Shown: positions 8,046 through 15,637, numbered from the stretch's first letter. The stretch is DNA of 17,059 nucleotides from a virus (IMGVR_UViG_2579778535_000004:1-17059), one strand, 5' to 3'. Made by a program: numbers and translations. The notes: generated by a model from the letters alone, not told the origin.

Positions 8046-8055
8046 AAGCGGAGCC

Positions 8056-8412
8056 CTAGAGGGCTTCGCCTAACAATAATAGAATACCTGATATAAACCC
8101 TATAGCTCCCTGAAGCTCTTTTCTAATTGCTCCATCAGAGCATTTTCTTTTCTTAGCAATGGTGCGTAATGAGATACCAATCACAAAATGAGCAATGATC
8201 AGCTCATATTCTTCTGGTTTATACTTCCGCAGGCGGGCGACACAGCCATCAATCATGATGCCTTCATCATCATCACACTGAATCCGGGACTTTCTGCCAT
8301 GAGGTAAAAGCCCCTTGAAGCCAGCGGCTACCGGTTGCCAATCCACACCACTGTTCTCTGCCGCAGCCCACGCTCCCCAACGGTCTAATACTTCATACAT
8401 ATCACACATCAA
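8056..8412 (-). CDS. Late-gene antiterminator Q (Phage_antitermQ family)
   Basis: 118-aa protein with VLDRWGAWAA...AAGFKGL...CDDDEG...C, matching the Q family of several lambdoid prophages as I recall it. It sits between the nin-like genes and the lysis region. Confidence 0.8.
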   Translation of the reverse strand: MMCDMYEVLDRWGAWAAAENSGVDWQPVAAGFKGLLPHGRKSRIQCDDDEGIMIDGCVARLRKYKPEEYELIIAHFVIGISLRTIAKKRKCSDGAIRKELQGAIGFISGILLLLGEAL

Positions 8413-8426
8413 CTTTCTCCACCAAA

Positions 8427-9422
8427 TCAGGCTAGCACACCAATTGCCAACGCACGGTCGATAAAACGAAATATCAGCTCCAGCTGGGAGCCATACTTCT
8501 CTTCAAATGCCACGGTATCCGCATGCAGCTCGTCGTGATGCTTTCTGCACAAAGGCAACACAAAGAGGTCATGCGCTTTTGTACCCATTCCGCCCTGACC
8601 GTGGCCTATCAGGTGGTGGGGATCATCAGCAGGTTTTCCACAACATGCGCACGGCTGCGTCTTAACCCAGCGCGTGTACTTTTCATTAACCCAGCGGTGA
8701 CGTTTTGGGCGTAACATAAAAGACTCCGGCGACTCCGGATCCACTTTCAGCGCCAGCACCTTTTTCGCCTTATCCTGGATGATGCTGGTGGCAGGAACCG
8801 AAGGCACAAGGTCACTTTCCCGGGTAACAGACGGCACAACAGGCTTCGGTAATCTCAGTGCCTTACGGGCTGCACTTTCCGGTAAGGCATCCGCCAGATC
8901 ATTACGAATCAGCCACCAGCACAGTTCCGGCATTGTCACAACATGACTGTCATCAAAACCGAGATCCCGACGCACAACAGACAACACCCAGCGGGCACAG
9001 TTATCCGTTGCCATTGATTCCAGCCGTTCCGTGAACTGATCGCGCAGCTGGTTATCGCAGTGCCAGCACAGACGGATTGCGCCCGGAGCGTGTCGCATTG
9101 TTGTCATGTTCTCGCTGTGCCAGTCGGAATGAGGCCACTGGCAGCCTTTTTCACGAAGTAACCAGCTTTCAAGACATTCCACGCCACCAGCACGACGGAT
9201 CACTGCCTCATTGCGGAACACGGCCAGAACGGCAGGATCATCCGCCAGCGGTTGTGATGCCGCCGGAACAGCACCACTGGCGAAAGATGAATAACGTTCC
9301 GGCTCAGGCTCCAGCAGGACACGCCCCTGCATAAACAGGGGCATCAGCTCTGAACCTGGTCTGAACAATACGATCCCCATACGCGGGGCAATTTCAGGGG
9401 TCAGTAGTGCTCTCACGGTCAC
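8427..9422 (-). CDS. DUF968-family phage protein with an HNH-like zinc-finger C-terminus
   Basis: 331-aa ORF whose C-terminus reads CACCGKPADDPHHLIGHGQGG...LPLCRKHHDELH. Its position next to Q matches the usual placement of DUF968 genes in lambdoid prophages. Confidence 0.7.
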   Translation of the reverse strand: MTVRALLTPEIAPRMGIVLFRPGSELMPLFMQGRVLLEPEPERYSSFASGAVPAASQPLADDPAVLAVFRNEAVIRRAGGVECLESWLLREKGCQWPHSDWHSENMTTMRHAPGAIRLCWHCDNQLRDQFTERLESMATDNCARWVLSVVRRDLGFDDSHVVTMPELCWWLIRNDLADALPESAARKALRLPKPVVPSVTRESDLVPSVPATSIIQDKAKKVLALKVDPESPESFMLRPKRHRWVNEKYTRWVKTQPCACCGKPADDPHHLIGHGQGGMGTKAHDLFVLPLCRKHHDELHADTVAFEEKYGSQLELIFRFIDRALAIGVLA

Positions 9423-9423
9423 C

Positions 9424-10233
9424 TCAATGAACGGTATCGAGCAGCTTTAACAGCTCAGGGAATCGGGATTCGAAGAAATGCGGCTGCGTCTCGCGCGGAT
9501 TTGCGGGACTGGTGATGTTCTTGCCGAACATGCAGCCTTTCGCTGTCAGTGACCAGAATTTTTTGATGTTGTTAATCGCGGTACGGCTGTATCGTTCGCG
9601 CTGCTCGACGATCCCCAGTTTCACCATCTGGTGATATGCCTGATTAGCCGTCAGGCGGATACCATACTGTTTCAGCAGTGCACTCAGTGACAGTGTCGGG
9701 CGACTTGAGCCATCGTGTGCATCAGCAGGAGCATCAATGGCATAGCGCGGTGCCAGATTCGGTAAGCCAACAGCCTCCTGGAGTTTCTGACAGGCACCAA
9801 GCACTGAAGAGTTAGACAGGTTTAACTCCCTGCGCATAAAGTCCAGCAGAATCACTCCAGCCTGCATCTTGTCAGCAGCCTGCCCGGATAATTTTTCCGA
9901 TGCGCTGGTTACCATATCGAAAGTACGGATCACCTTCAGATGGAATGACGGGCTGATCCACATTGCATAGGCATACACCAGTTCTTTGCAGACATACGTC
10001 CCCTGGTTATTTCCGCCATTAATGACGCTAACTGGTTGATTTTGTTCCAGAGGTGGAATTCCACCCTCGGTGAAAAGTTGTTCAATCAATTCACAGGTTT
10101 GCTTATTGGAGAGCCAGTATTTCGGGCGGTTTTTTTGTTCTCCCCCGGCTGCCCTGTGCAGATCGTTCAGGCTGTAACGCCCATAAGCATCACGACGAAC
10201 TTCAATACCATCAATGACCATCAGATTATTCAT
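9424..10233 (-). CDS. KilA-N domain protein (antirepressor-like)
   Basis: The N-terminus MNNLMVIDGIEVRRDAYGRYSLNDLHRAAGG...KYWL is a typical KilA-N domain. The internal ATG at 10231-10233 is preferred over the track start because AGGAG lies about 7 nt upstream. Confidence 0.7.
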   Translation of the reverse strand: MNNLMVIDGIEVRRDAYGRYSLNDLHRAAGGEQKNRPKYWLSNKQTCELIEQLFTEGGIPPLEQNQPVSVINGGNNQGTYVCKELVYAYAMWISPSFHLKVIRTFDMVTSASEKLSGQAADKMQAGVILLDFMRRELNLSNSSVLGACQKLQEAVGLPNLAPRYAIDAPADAHDGSSRPTLSLSALLKQYGIRLTANQAYHQMVKLGIVEQRERYSRTAINNIKKFWSLTAKGCMFGKNITSPANPRETQPHFFESRFPELLKLLDTVH

Positions 10234-10252
10234 ACTTCGTTTCTCCTCTTGA

Positions 10253-10642
10253 TCAGGCGGCTGCACCCGCCGTTTTCTCGTACTTACTGATAGTGATCTC
10301 GACCTTCCCTTCCGGGATAACCGGTCCCCACTCCACCAGCATTCTTTTCACCTGACTGTCGTCTTCCCACACACCCGCGTGGGTCAGGGCGTCAAACAGC
10401 GCCTTGTTATAGTTGTCCAGATCGCGGATCCGGTTATCCGGAGGAAACAACACGATCTCCACTGAAGCAGGTGCCGACGTTGGTTTTGGCAGACGACGTA
10501 ACTGCTCAACTATTGCTGCACACGCCGCGCTCTGGAATTTGCGCCCCGCCGCGCTTATCAGGCTCTTACCTGCAAACGCCCCTTGGTTGGGGTGTCGCCA
10601 GTACGTGTTCACGCTGGGCGGAAAAGGCAGTATTAGCTTCAT
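10253..10642 (-). CDS. rusA: RusA-family Holliday junction resolvase
   Basis: 129-aa protein with LPFPPSVNTYWRH...RDLDNYNKALFDALTHAGVWEDDSQV, the RusA signature. Its start forms an ATGA overlap with the upstream gene. Confidence 0.85.
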   Translation of the reverse strand: MKLILPFPPSVNTYWRHPNQGAFAGKSLISAAGRKFQSAACAAIVEQLRRLPKPTSAPASVEIVLFPPDNRIRDLDNYNKALFDALTHAGVWEDDSQVKRMLVEWGPVIPEGKVEITISKYEKTAGAAA

Positions 10643-10965
10643 ACTTTCAGCTCCCTCTCATGTAACCAGTGGGCTGCACGCAGCCTGGCGTTTTCCTCAC
10701 CGGCAAGCAGTGAGCGGATAATCCCGACCGCCTCGCTGTCGTCGTCCTTCACCGCGGTATGAAGCGTTATCCCCCGGGCCACGCCACGCTTTATCGTGAT
10801 GACGCCTTTTTTCTCCAGTGCGCGAAGATGCTCCACCGCTGCATTCACTGAACGGTATCCCAGCATGGTTGCCACCTCCTGATTGGTTGGCGGAAAGCCA
10901 CGCTCTTTCTGGTAAGAAATCAGCATATCCAGCACCTGCTGCTGGCATTGAGTTAACGTCGTCAT
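10639..10965 (-). CDS. LexA-like N-terminal DNA-binding domain protein with no peptidase domain
   Basis: MTTLTQCQQQVLDMLISYQKERGFPPTNQEVATMLGYRSVNAAVEHLRALEKKGVI parallels the LexA winged-helix domain. The start at 10963-10965 is chosen because it overlaps the upstream stop as TAATG. Confidence 0.6.
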   Translation of the reverse strand: MTTLTQCQQQVLDMLISYQKERGFPPTNQEVATMLGYRSVNAAVEHLRALEKKGVITIKRGVARGITLHTAVKDDDSEAVGIIRSLLAGEENARLRAAHWLHERELKV

Positions 10966-11459
10966 TACGCCCCCACGTAATTCCCTGACAGATACCACTC
11001 ATCACTCGATACAGCGCGCTTGCTGCTTTTCCGTAAACACTGCTCACGACGCGCCAGAAAATTGTTTCGTTCTGGCTGGGAGTGGCTTTCACGGAATGCC
11101 ACCACCCACACCGTTGCAGCACGACGGTATAAGCCCCTGGACTCCAGTTCTTCCGCCTGGCGGGTCAGGCACAAAATCTCCCGCGGGTCGTTAGTGCCGA
11201 CATAGAAATTGCGCACAGGTCTGGTTTCACGAACTGATTGCGGTTCCGCCTCCTGCGCTCTCTCAGTCAGGCGCGGGAAATGTCTGCGTGTATCCCCTTC
11301 ACAACGGTGAGCCACACGACCACTCTGACGTAACTTGCTTGCTGACTGCAGAACGCGCTGCCGTGAGTAACCTGCAAAAGCATCCGCAATGTCTCCGGAA
11401 GTACACCCCGGATGGGCTTCAATGAATTTCTGAACGTCATTCAAAAGACTCATGCTCAC
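10965..11459 (-). CDS. Putative PerC/Pch-like regulator
   Basis: The C-terminal half has RGLYRRAATVWVVAF...ARREQCLRKS, resembling the GLWRRAA-RW motif of PerC-family activators. This is a memory-based call and unverified. Confidence 0.4.
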   Translation of the reverse strand: MSMSLLNDVQKFIEAHPGCTSGDIADAFAGYSRQRVLQSASKLRQSGRVAHRCEGDTRRHFPRLTERAQEAEPQSVRETRPVRNFYVGTNDPREILCLTRQAEELESRGLYRRAATVWVVAFRESHSQPERNNFLARREQCLRKSSKRAVSSDEWYLSGNYVGA

Positions 11460-12397
11460 CCCCTGAATCCTGCCGGGATCTGGCTGTAGTCCACGTTGTC
11501 GTAACTGGCTTTGAAGTACGGGTCTTCGCGTTTTTCGGTGTACGTGCTGACGGACGGCGATAAGCGCAGGGAAAGCTCATCCCATTTTTCCCGCAGCTTC
11601 GACGGGCTGAGCACGTTACGGCACCAGAACGGATCGCGACTGACGCGGCTGTACATCTCGCAGATTTGTTTATGAGTACGACCATCCTGCACACACATCA
11701 GGCGAATTTCGTTTGCCCAGGCTGTCCAGTTCGGTTCTTTGGGACGAACCACCTCGCCGTCACATTCGGCGGCCTGCTCGTACAGGGCGATGATTTTTTT
11801 CCAGAGCCACTGTGCGCAGGTCAAATCATCCTGCGTTCCCCACTGGCGCTTTTTAGGGCTGAATACAACCGCATCAGGATGGCGAGTTAAAAACTCCTGT
11901 TCAGCCGTCTGCGTGTCCGGTTGCGAAGCGTCCGGACGAGAAGTTTTTTTATCTGACGGATCATGTTTTGATTTTACTGACGGATCCCCGCCAGATTCTG
12001 ACGGGTGAAAACCCGCTTTTTTGCCAGATTTCGACGCATCAAATTTTGACGGGTCAGATTTTGATGCGTCAGATTTTGACGGGTCAGAATCTGACAGTTG
12101 AGAAAATGCCGCTGCCTGAAGCTTCGCAACGTTAAGCTGATAAACATTCGACGCATTGCGGTTACCCTGGCGACGCGCCTTACGCGTTAACCAGCCTTCT
12201 GCTTCCAGCCGTGCGATAGCCGTCCTGACGGTACTCATCCCCGCGCCAATCTGACGGGCAATAGTTTCAATTGATGGCCAGCACACACCTTCGTCATTAC
12301 TGAAATCAGCCAGGCGGGCCATAATTGCCACGCTGGATAATTTCATGCCTGATGCAGCGCAACCATCCCATACATAGCCGGTTAATTTAGTGCTCAT
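11456..12397 (-). CDS. Replication initiator-like protein (N-terminal HTH domain, repeat-encoded linker, C-terminal domain)
   Basis: 313-aa ORF with an N-terminal winged-helix region and a central SKSD-type peptide repeat encoded by tandem DNA repeats. It occupies the position of a lambdoid O gene after the cro and CII-like genes. Confidence 0.55.
   Translation of the reverse strand: MSTKLTGYVWDGCAASGMKLSSVAIMARLADFSNDEGVCWPSIETIARQIGAGMSTVRTAIARLEAEGWLTRKARRQGNRNASNVYQLNVAKLQAAAFSQLSDSDPSKSDASKSDPSKFDASKSGKKAGFHPSESGGDPSVKSKHDPSDKKTSRPDASQPDTQTAEQEFLTRHPDAVVFSPKKRQWGTQDDLTCAQWLWKKIIALYEQAAECDGEVVRPKEPNWTAWANEIRLMCVQDGRTHKQICEMYSRVSRDPFWCRNVLSPSKLREKWDELSLRLSPSVSTYTEKREDPYFKASYDNVDYSQIPAGFRG
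11948..12098. repeat. Tandem 15-bp direct repeats (iteron-like) inside the replication initiator gene
   Basis: Five contiguous 15-bp units between 12024 and 12098 (TCAGATTTTGACGGG and variants), plus three degenerate copies back to 11948. They encode the linker of the initiator. Confidence 0.55.
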
Positions 12398-12406
12398 GAC
12401 CGACCT

Positions 12407-12745
12407 CTATTTCCCTGAATTTACGACGAAACTGTTCGAGCGGACTGAAGCACTCATGCTCATAGCCTTCGCGGAGGTAGATAACCCGTTGTGTTTCCGG
12501 TTCCCAACGAATGACTCTGACGGGCACTCCGTAGTGATCTTTGAACCAGCGGTTAACTTGTCGCAAAGGACTGTCTCCTTCTGCCGGTTGAAATCACCCA
12601 CAGCCCACTCTGCAAAGCTGTGGGTTACAATTTCCCTGTCACCTGGTACATTTACTGCATAGCAATACTCCACCTTCGCTTTTCCACCCGGTACAGGAAG
12701 CGCAATCAGTTGCGAGCGACGGTAGTGTGTTGTTAAACTGTTCAT
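12407..12745 (-). CDS. Hypothetical phage protein with an ambiguous 3' reading frame (possible frameshift)
   Basis: The N-terminal half ([53 protein letters not shown]) looks protein-like. The Ser-rich tail of the listed frame looks less so than an alternative frame (12387-12593, ...[56 protein letters not shown]) that ends overlapping the next gene's start. Confidence 0.4.
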   Translation of the reverse strand: MNSLTTHYRRSQLIALPVPGGKAKVEYCYAVNVPGDREIVTHSFAEWAVGDFNRQKETVLCDKLTAGSKITTECPSESFVGNRKHNGLSTSAKAMSMSASVRSNSFVVNSGK

Positions 12746-13305
12746 GCGTTAGTTTCTCCACAGTCACGACACGCCACGGCGCCCGGAGCTGCACACTCGC
12801 GGGCGTCATTACTTTCTGAAATGCAAAAGATTTTGTAGACCAGTGCTGCATGCTCCTGCAGCTTCGAAATTGAGAGATATAGCTCGTCGTTAATTGCTGT
12901 TTTCTCATGCGGTTCCACTACACCGTCTTCGATTGCTGAACGAATCTGTTTTGAATAACTGCCGATCTGTTCAATGACTTCCAGCAGACGCTGGTTAATA
13001 TCGGCGTTGTCCACATCCTCGACGTCAGGAAGAGACACAAATACGCCATTTGCAGACTGCGCCACAGCATCAGCAATGAAGTGAGTGCCACCAGCACGCT
13101 GTAAAACCATTGCCCATCCCAGCGGAAAAATCTGATCGCCATCTGCACGAAGGCGGTTGAATAAAGCGTTCTCTGTTACATCCAGCCAGTCAGCCGCTTC
13201 AGCGTAACCACCCGGCAACGCCGCGATAGTTTTTCTGACAGCTTTCACGTACCACTCAGGCTGTTTTTCTATTTTCCAGTGATGCTTACCCACGATTAGC
13301 CTCAT
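12742..13305 (-). CDS. Putative CII-like regulatory protein
   Basis: 187-aa ORF immediately downstream of the cro-like gene. The family assignment is from weak remembered similarity and position only. Confidence 0.4.
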   Translation of the reverse strand: MRLIVGKHHWKIEKQPEWYVKAVRKTIAALPGGYAEAADWLDVTENALFNRLRADGDQIFPLGWAMVLQRAGGTHFIADAVAQSANGVFVSLPDVEDVDNADINQRLLEVIEQIGSYSKQIRSAIEDGVVEPHEKTAINDELYLSISKLQEHAALVYKIFCISESNDARECAAPGAVACRDCGETNA

Positions 13306-13336
13306 CGTTCTGTGGTTAAAAATTGAAAGTGTTCTG

Positions 13337-13537
13337 CTAATCTTTCGGATAGATATCCGGTCTTAAGTCAGATTTCGTAATTGCACCTGACGTGCATTGC
13401 TCAAGTTTTTTAGCCAGCACAAAACTGGCTTTTTTATAGCCATTGAAAACCAGCCGTAAGTAGCCAGGTGTTGAGCCAACTTTTCCGGCCAACTCGCCCT
13501 GCTGTTCTTTGGTTAAAGAGTCCCAATACGCTTTCAT
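13337..13537 (-). CDS. Cro-like HTH regulator (YdaS-type)
   Basis: MKAYWDSLTKEQQGELAGKVGSTPGYLRLVFNGYKKASF...SDLRPDIYP. GGAGG lies 9 nt upstream of the ATG at 13535-13537. It is divergent from the CI-like gene. Confidence 0.65.
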   Translation of the reverse strand: MKAYWDSLTKEQQGELAGKVGSTPGYLRLVFNGYKKASFVLAKKLEQCTSGAITKSDLRPDIYPKD

Positions 13538-13591
13538 ACAATATGTACCTCCGGTGTACATACTACATGATTAAAATGAACCTTCAAGATA

Positions 13592-13612
13592 CTTGTACCT
13601 TAACGGTACAAG
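13592..13612. promoter_or_regulatory. Palindromic operator in the CI/cro divergent promoter region
   Basis: CTTGTACC-TTAAC-GGTACAAG, with perfect 8-bp arms, overlapping a candidate plus-strand promoter (TTGTAC, 17 nt, TTTAAT) whose start site would fall at the CI ATG. Confidence 0.5.
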
Positions 13613-13627
13613 GGTTTTAATTTCGTT

Positions 13628-14302
13628 ATGAAAACAATCCATGACATCCGGCGGTCTAACGCCAGAAAACTGAGAGATGGTGTAGGCGGGAATTCTTCCT
13701 TTGCCACTATGATTGATCGCGAGCCAACCCAGACCAGCAGGTTTATGGGAGATGGTGCTACTAAAAATATCGGTGACAGCATGGCACGACACATCGAAAA
13801 ATGTTTCGACCTGCCTGTCGGATGGCTCGATCAAGAACACCAGACAACCAACATCACAAAAAAACCTGATGTTTCAATCACTAATAAACAAATCACATTA
13901 GTCCCTGTCATATCATGGGTACAGGCCGGAGCATGGAAAGAAGTTGGATATTCTGAGGTTGATTTGAGCACAGCAGAAACGTATCCCTGCCCTGTACCCT
14001 GTGGGGAAATGACTTATATCTTGCGGGTGATAGGTGATTCAATGATTGATGAGTACCGCCCGGGAGACATGATTTTTGTCGATCCTGAAGTACCTGCCTG
14101 CCACGGTGACGACGTTATTGCATTGATGCACGATACAGGTGAAACCACCTTCAAAAGGTTGATAGAAGATGGGACACAGCGTTATCTCAAAGCGTTAAAC
14201 CCAAACTGGCCTGAGCCTTACATTAAGATCAACGGTAATTGCTCTATAATTGGAACTGTGATTTTCTCAGGAAAACCAAGAAGATACAAAATCAAAGCCT
14301 AA
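13628..14302 (+). CDS. CI-like repressor (HTH plus S24 LexA-type autopeptidase domain)
   Basis: 224-aa ORF with an N-terminal HTH, an Ala-Gly cleavage site (VQAGAWKE), the catalytic Ser in VIGDSM and a Lys in TFKRL. Confidence 0.85.
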   Translation: MKTIHDIRRSNARKLRDGVGGNSSFATMIDREPTQTSRFMGDGATKNIGDSMARHIEKCFDLPVGWLDQEHQTTNITKKPDVSITNKQITLVPVISWVQAGAWKEVGYSEVDLSTAETYPCPVPCGEMTYILRVIGDSMIDEYRPGDMIFVDPEVPACHGDDVIALMHDTGETTFKRLIEDGTQRYLKALNPNWPEPYIKINGNCSIIGTVIFSGKPRRYKIKA

Positions 14303-14314
14303 TCAATGTTTATG

Positions 14315-14337
14315 AACCTGCTTCGGCAGGTTTTTTT
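14315..14337 (+). terminator. Rho-independent terminator after the repressor gene
   Basis: AACCTGC-TTCG-GCAGGTT followed by a run of seven T. Confidence 0.65.
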
Positions 14338-14341
14338 ATAC

Positions 14342-14374
14342 TTGACAATGTACCTTTGAGATACATAATGTATC
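14342..14374 (+). promoter_or_regulatory. pL-like promoter with an overlapping palindrome (candidate operator)
   Basis: TTGACA at 14342-14347, a 16-nt spacer, then CATAAT at 14364-14369. The palindrome GATACAT-A-ATGTATC (14360-14374) covers the -10. Confidence 0.4.
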
Positions 14375-14473
14375 CAAGAGAAACAAAAAACAGGCAGGAC
14401 GCCCACGAAGTAGCCGCCGGTGGCGTATGAATGACCGGATGATTCGTTAAATACTATGTGTAAGAGAGCGCAA

Positions 14474-14677
14474 ATGAACCGTTATTTCACATGCTCGTTT
14501 TGTGGCGCAAACGAGCTGCAGGCAAAAAAAATCATCGCCAAAGGCGGAAAAGATGAAGTTGCTATCTGCTCTGAGTGCGTAGTCTTGTGTGTCGGGGCAT
14601 TAATCAATATCAGCACAACTATTCAGTTCACACCAAATGAGAATGCGCCTTTAGATGCGCGGAAATCTGGAGGTTAA
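14474..14677 (+). CDS. Small zinc-ribbon protein resembling the ClpX N-terminal zinc-binding domain
   Basis: FTCSFCGANELQAKKIIAKGGKDEVAICSECVVLC parallels the ClpX zinc-binding domain (CSFCG ... ICDECV-LC). The start is taken at the internal ATG at 14474, preceded by AGAGAG. Confidence 0.5.
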   Translation: MNRYFTCSFCGANELQAKKIIAKGGKDEVAICSECVVLCVGALINISTTIQFTPNENAPLDARKSGG

Positions 14678-14685
14678 AGAACAAA

Positions 14686-14961
14686 ATGAAAGTCCAGATT
14701 TTAAACAATAGTGGTGAAGTCGTTTGGTCATACGACATAGCCGCTCCTGTAGATCAGAGCGGCGATAGCTGGACCAATGGGAAACATCAGATTATGGCTG
14801 GAGTTGTGTTCTCTTTACGCCGTGCTTTAGAACAGGCTGAAGTCTTTCCATCAGACCCTGAATGGAAATGGCCTTTTTCTATTTGTCCAAATTCGGAGAG
14901 TACATTTCAGAAAATTGGTCAGAAAGTCGCACTCGAAGAGCATCAGCCAACTGTTTCCTGA
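14686..14961 (+). CDS. Hypothetical protein, second gene of the left operon
   Basis: 91-aa ORF with GGAGG about 12 nt upstream. Its 3' end overlaps a convergent ORF by about 83 nt. Confidence 0.45.
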   Translation: MKVQILNNSGEVVWSYDIAAPVDQSGDSWTNGKHQIMAGVVFSLRRALEQAEVFPSDPEWKWPFSICPNSESTFQKIGQKVALEEHQPTVS

Positions 14962-15124
14962 TTTTTTCAGGTAACTCGTCGGCATCGCAGAAACAACAAC
15001 GCTCGATCATGTTGAAAGCCGATTCGTAGAACTGTTTTTGCTGAGTGTCGCTGAGACAGGAAAAGAGCGACGTTACGATGATTTTATTAATTGCATTATC
15101 AAGTTCTTTTTCATCAAAAGTCAT
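14879..15124 (-). CDS. Hypothetical protein, convergent with the left operon
   Basis: 81-aa ORF with AAGGA about 8 nt upstream of the ATG at 15122-15124 and protein-like composition. Confidence 0.45.
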   Translation of the reverse strand: MTFDEKELDNAINKIIVTSLFSCLSDTQQKQFYESAFNMIERCCFCDADELPEKIRKQLADALRVRLSDQFSEMYSPNLDK

Positions 15125-15378
15125 TTGATTTTCCTTTTATGTATACGGGCTTAAAAGGATACCACCGAGCCTGAAGTGGTGAAAAGACAGGCACATAACA
15201 GCTAAGTATTTTCAACCAGAGAGAATCCTTAGCGTTGTGGTGAATGCGGCTCAGCGCACACGGGTTAAGGTTGAGGCTGACAGTCGACCTTCTGTGGATA
15301 CCCACCCGCCTGGTGTGCAACCTTCGCCAGGCACCGGGAGGCACCCGGCACCACAACTTTATGCTGTGTGTAGTCTTA

Positions 15379-15423
15379 GCGGTACCAGCTTGTACCCTTG
15401 CTTCCGGCTGGTACCGTCCTTTT
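15379..15423 (+). terminator. Terminator-like hairpin inside an ORF-poor GC-rich region
   Basis: CGGTACCAGC-17 nt loop-GCTGGTACCG followed by TCCTTTTT. The loop contains CTTGTACC, identical to the operator half-site at 13592-13599. Confidence 0.35.
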
Positions 15424-15637
15424 TACAAAACAGAGAAGAGCATCACCGGACGACGGGCTCATAACCCAATCCATCCGGGCGGCTGCCACCGCAGGTGTTC
15501 TTCTCTGTTTTGTGGAGAAACTAACCGCCCCTACGGGGGCATTTATGGAAATGTAATTGACTCAATAATCGCCGGACGGTGAGGGCTTCCTTTTACCCGA
15601 ATTCAGCGCGGTGCAGCGCATATACGTGGAGAACAAA

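Noticed and set aside
8523-9334. Plus-strand ORFs 8523..8714 and 9077..9334
   Set aside because: Antisense to the DUF968 gene.
10036-10721. Plus-strand ORFs 10036..10290, 10413..10721 and 10471..10665
   Set aside because: Antisense to the KilA-N and RusA genes, which have strong family motifs.
10697-11122. 141-aa minus-strand ORF
   Set aside because: Out of frame and overlapping two better-supported genes (LexA-domain and PerC-like); Gly/Arg-rich with no motif.
11948-12098. Tandem repeats considered as a possible CRISPR array
   Set aside because: The units are 15 bp and contiguous with no spacers, lie in-frame inside a gene, and there are no cas genes.
11437-12156. ORFs 11437..11694 (-), 11666..11890 (+), 11739..12008 (+) and 11974..12156 (-)
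   Set aside because: Alternate frames or antisense of the replication initiator gene. The repeated TRQNL peptide in 11974..12156 reflects the DNA repeats, not a separate protein.
12390-13148. ORFs 12390..12662 (+), 12639..12908 (-) and 12918..13148 (-)
   Set aside because: Antisense or alternate frames of the frameshift-ambiguous gene and the CII-like gene.
13571-13901. ORFs 13571..13840 (-), 13600..13794 (-) and 13713..13901 (+)
   Set aside because: They overlap the CI repressor gene and the operator region, and the repressor frame is strongly supported.
14239-14430. 63-aa plus-strand ORF
   Set aside because: It spans the repressor 3' end, the terminator and the pL-like promoter; this is regulatory DNA, not coding.
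15114-15582. ORFs 15114..15356 (-), 15237..15464 (+) and 15244..15582 (+)
   Set aside because: Mutually overlapping with Arg/Pro/Gly-rich composition and no ribosome-binding sites; the stretch is better explained as structured non-coding DNA.
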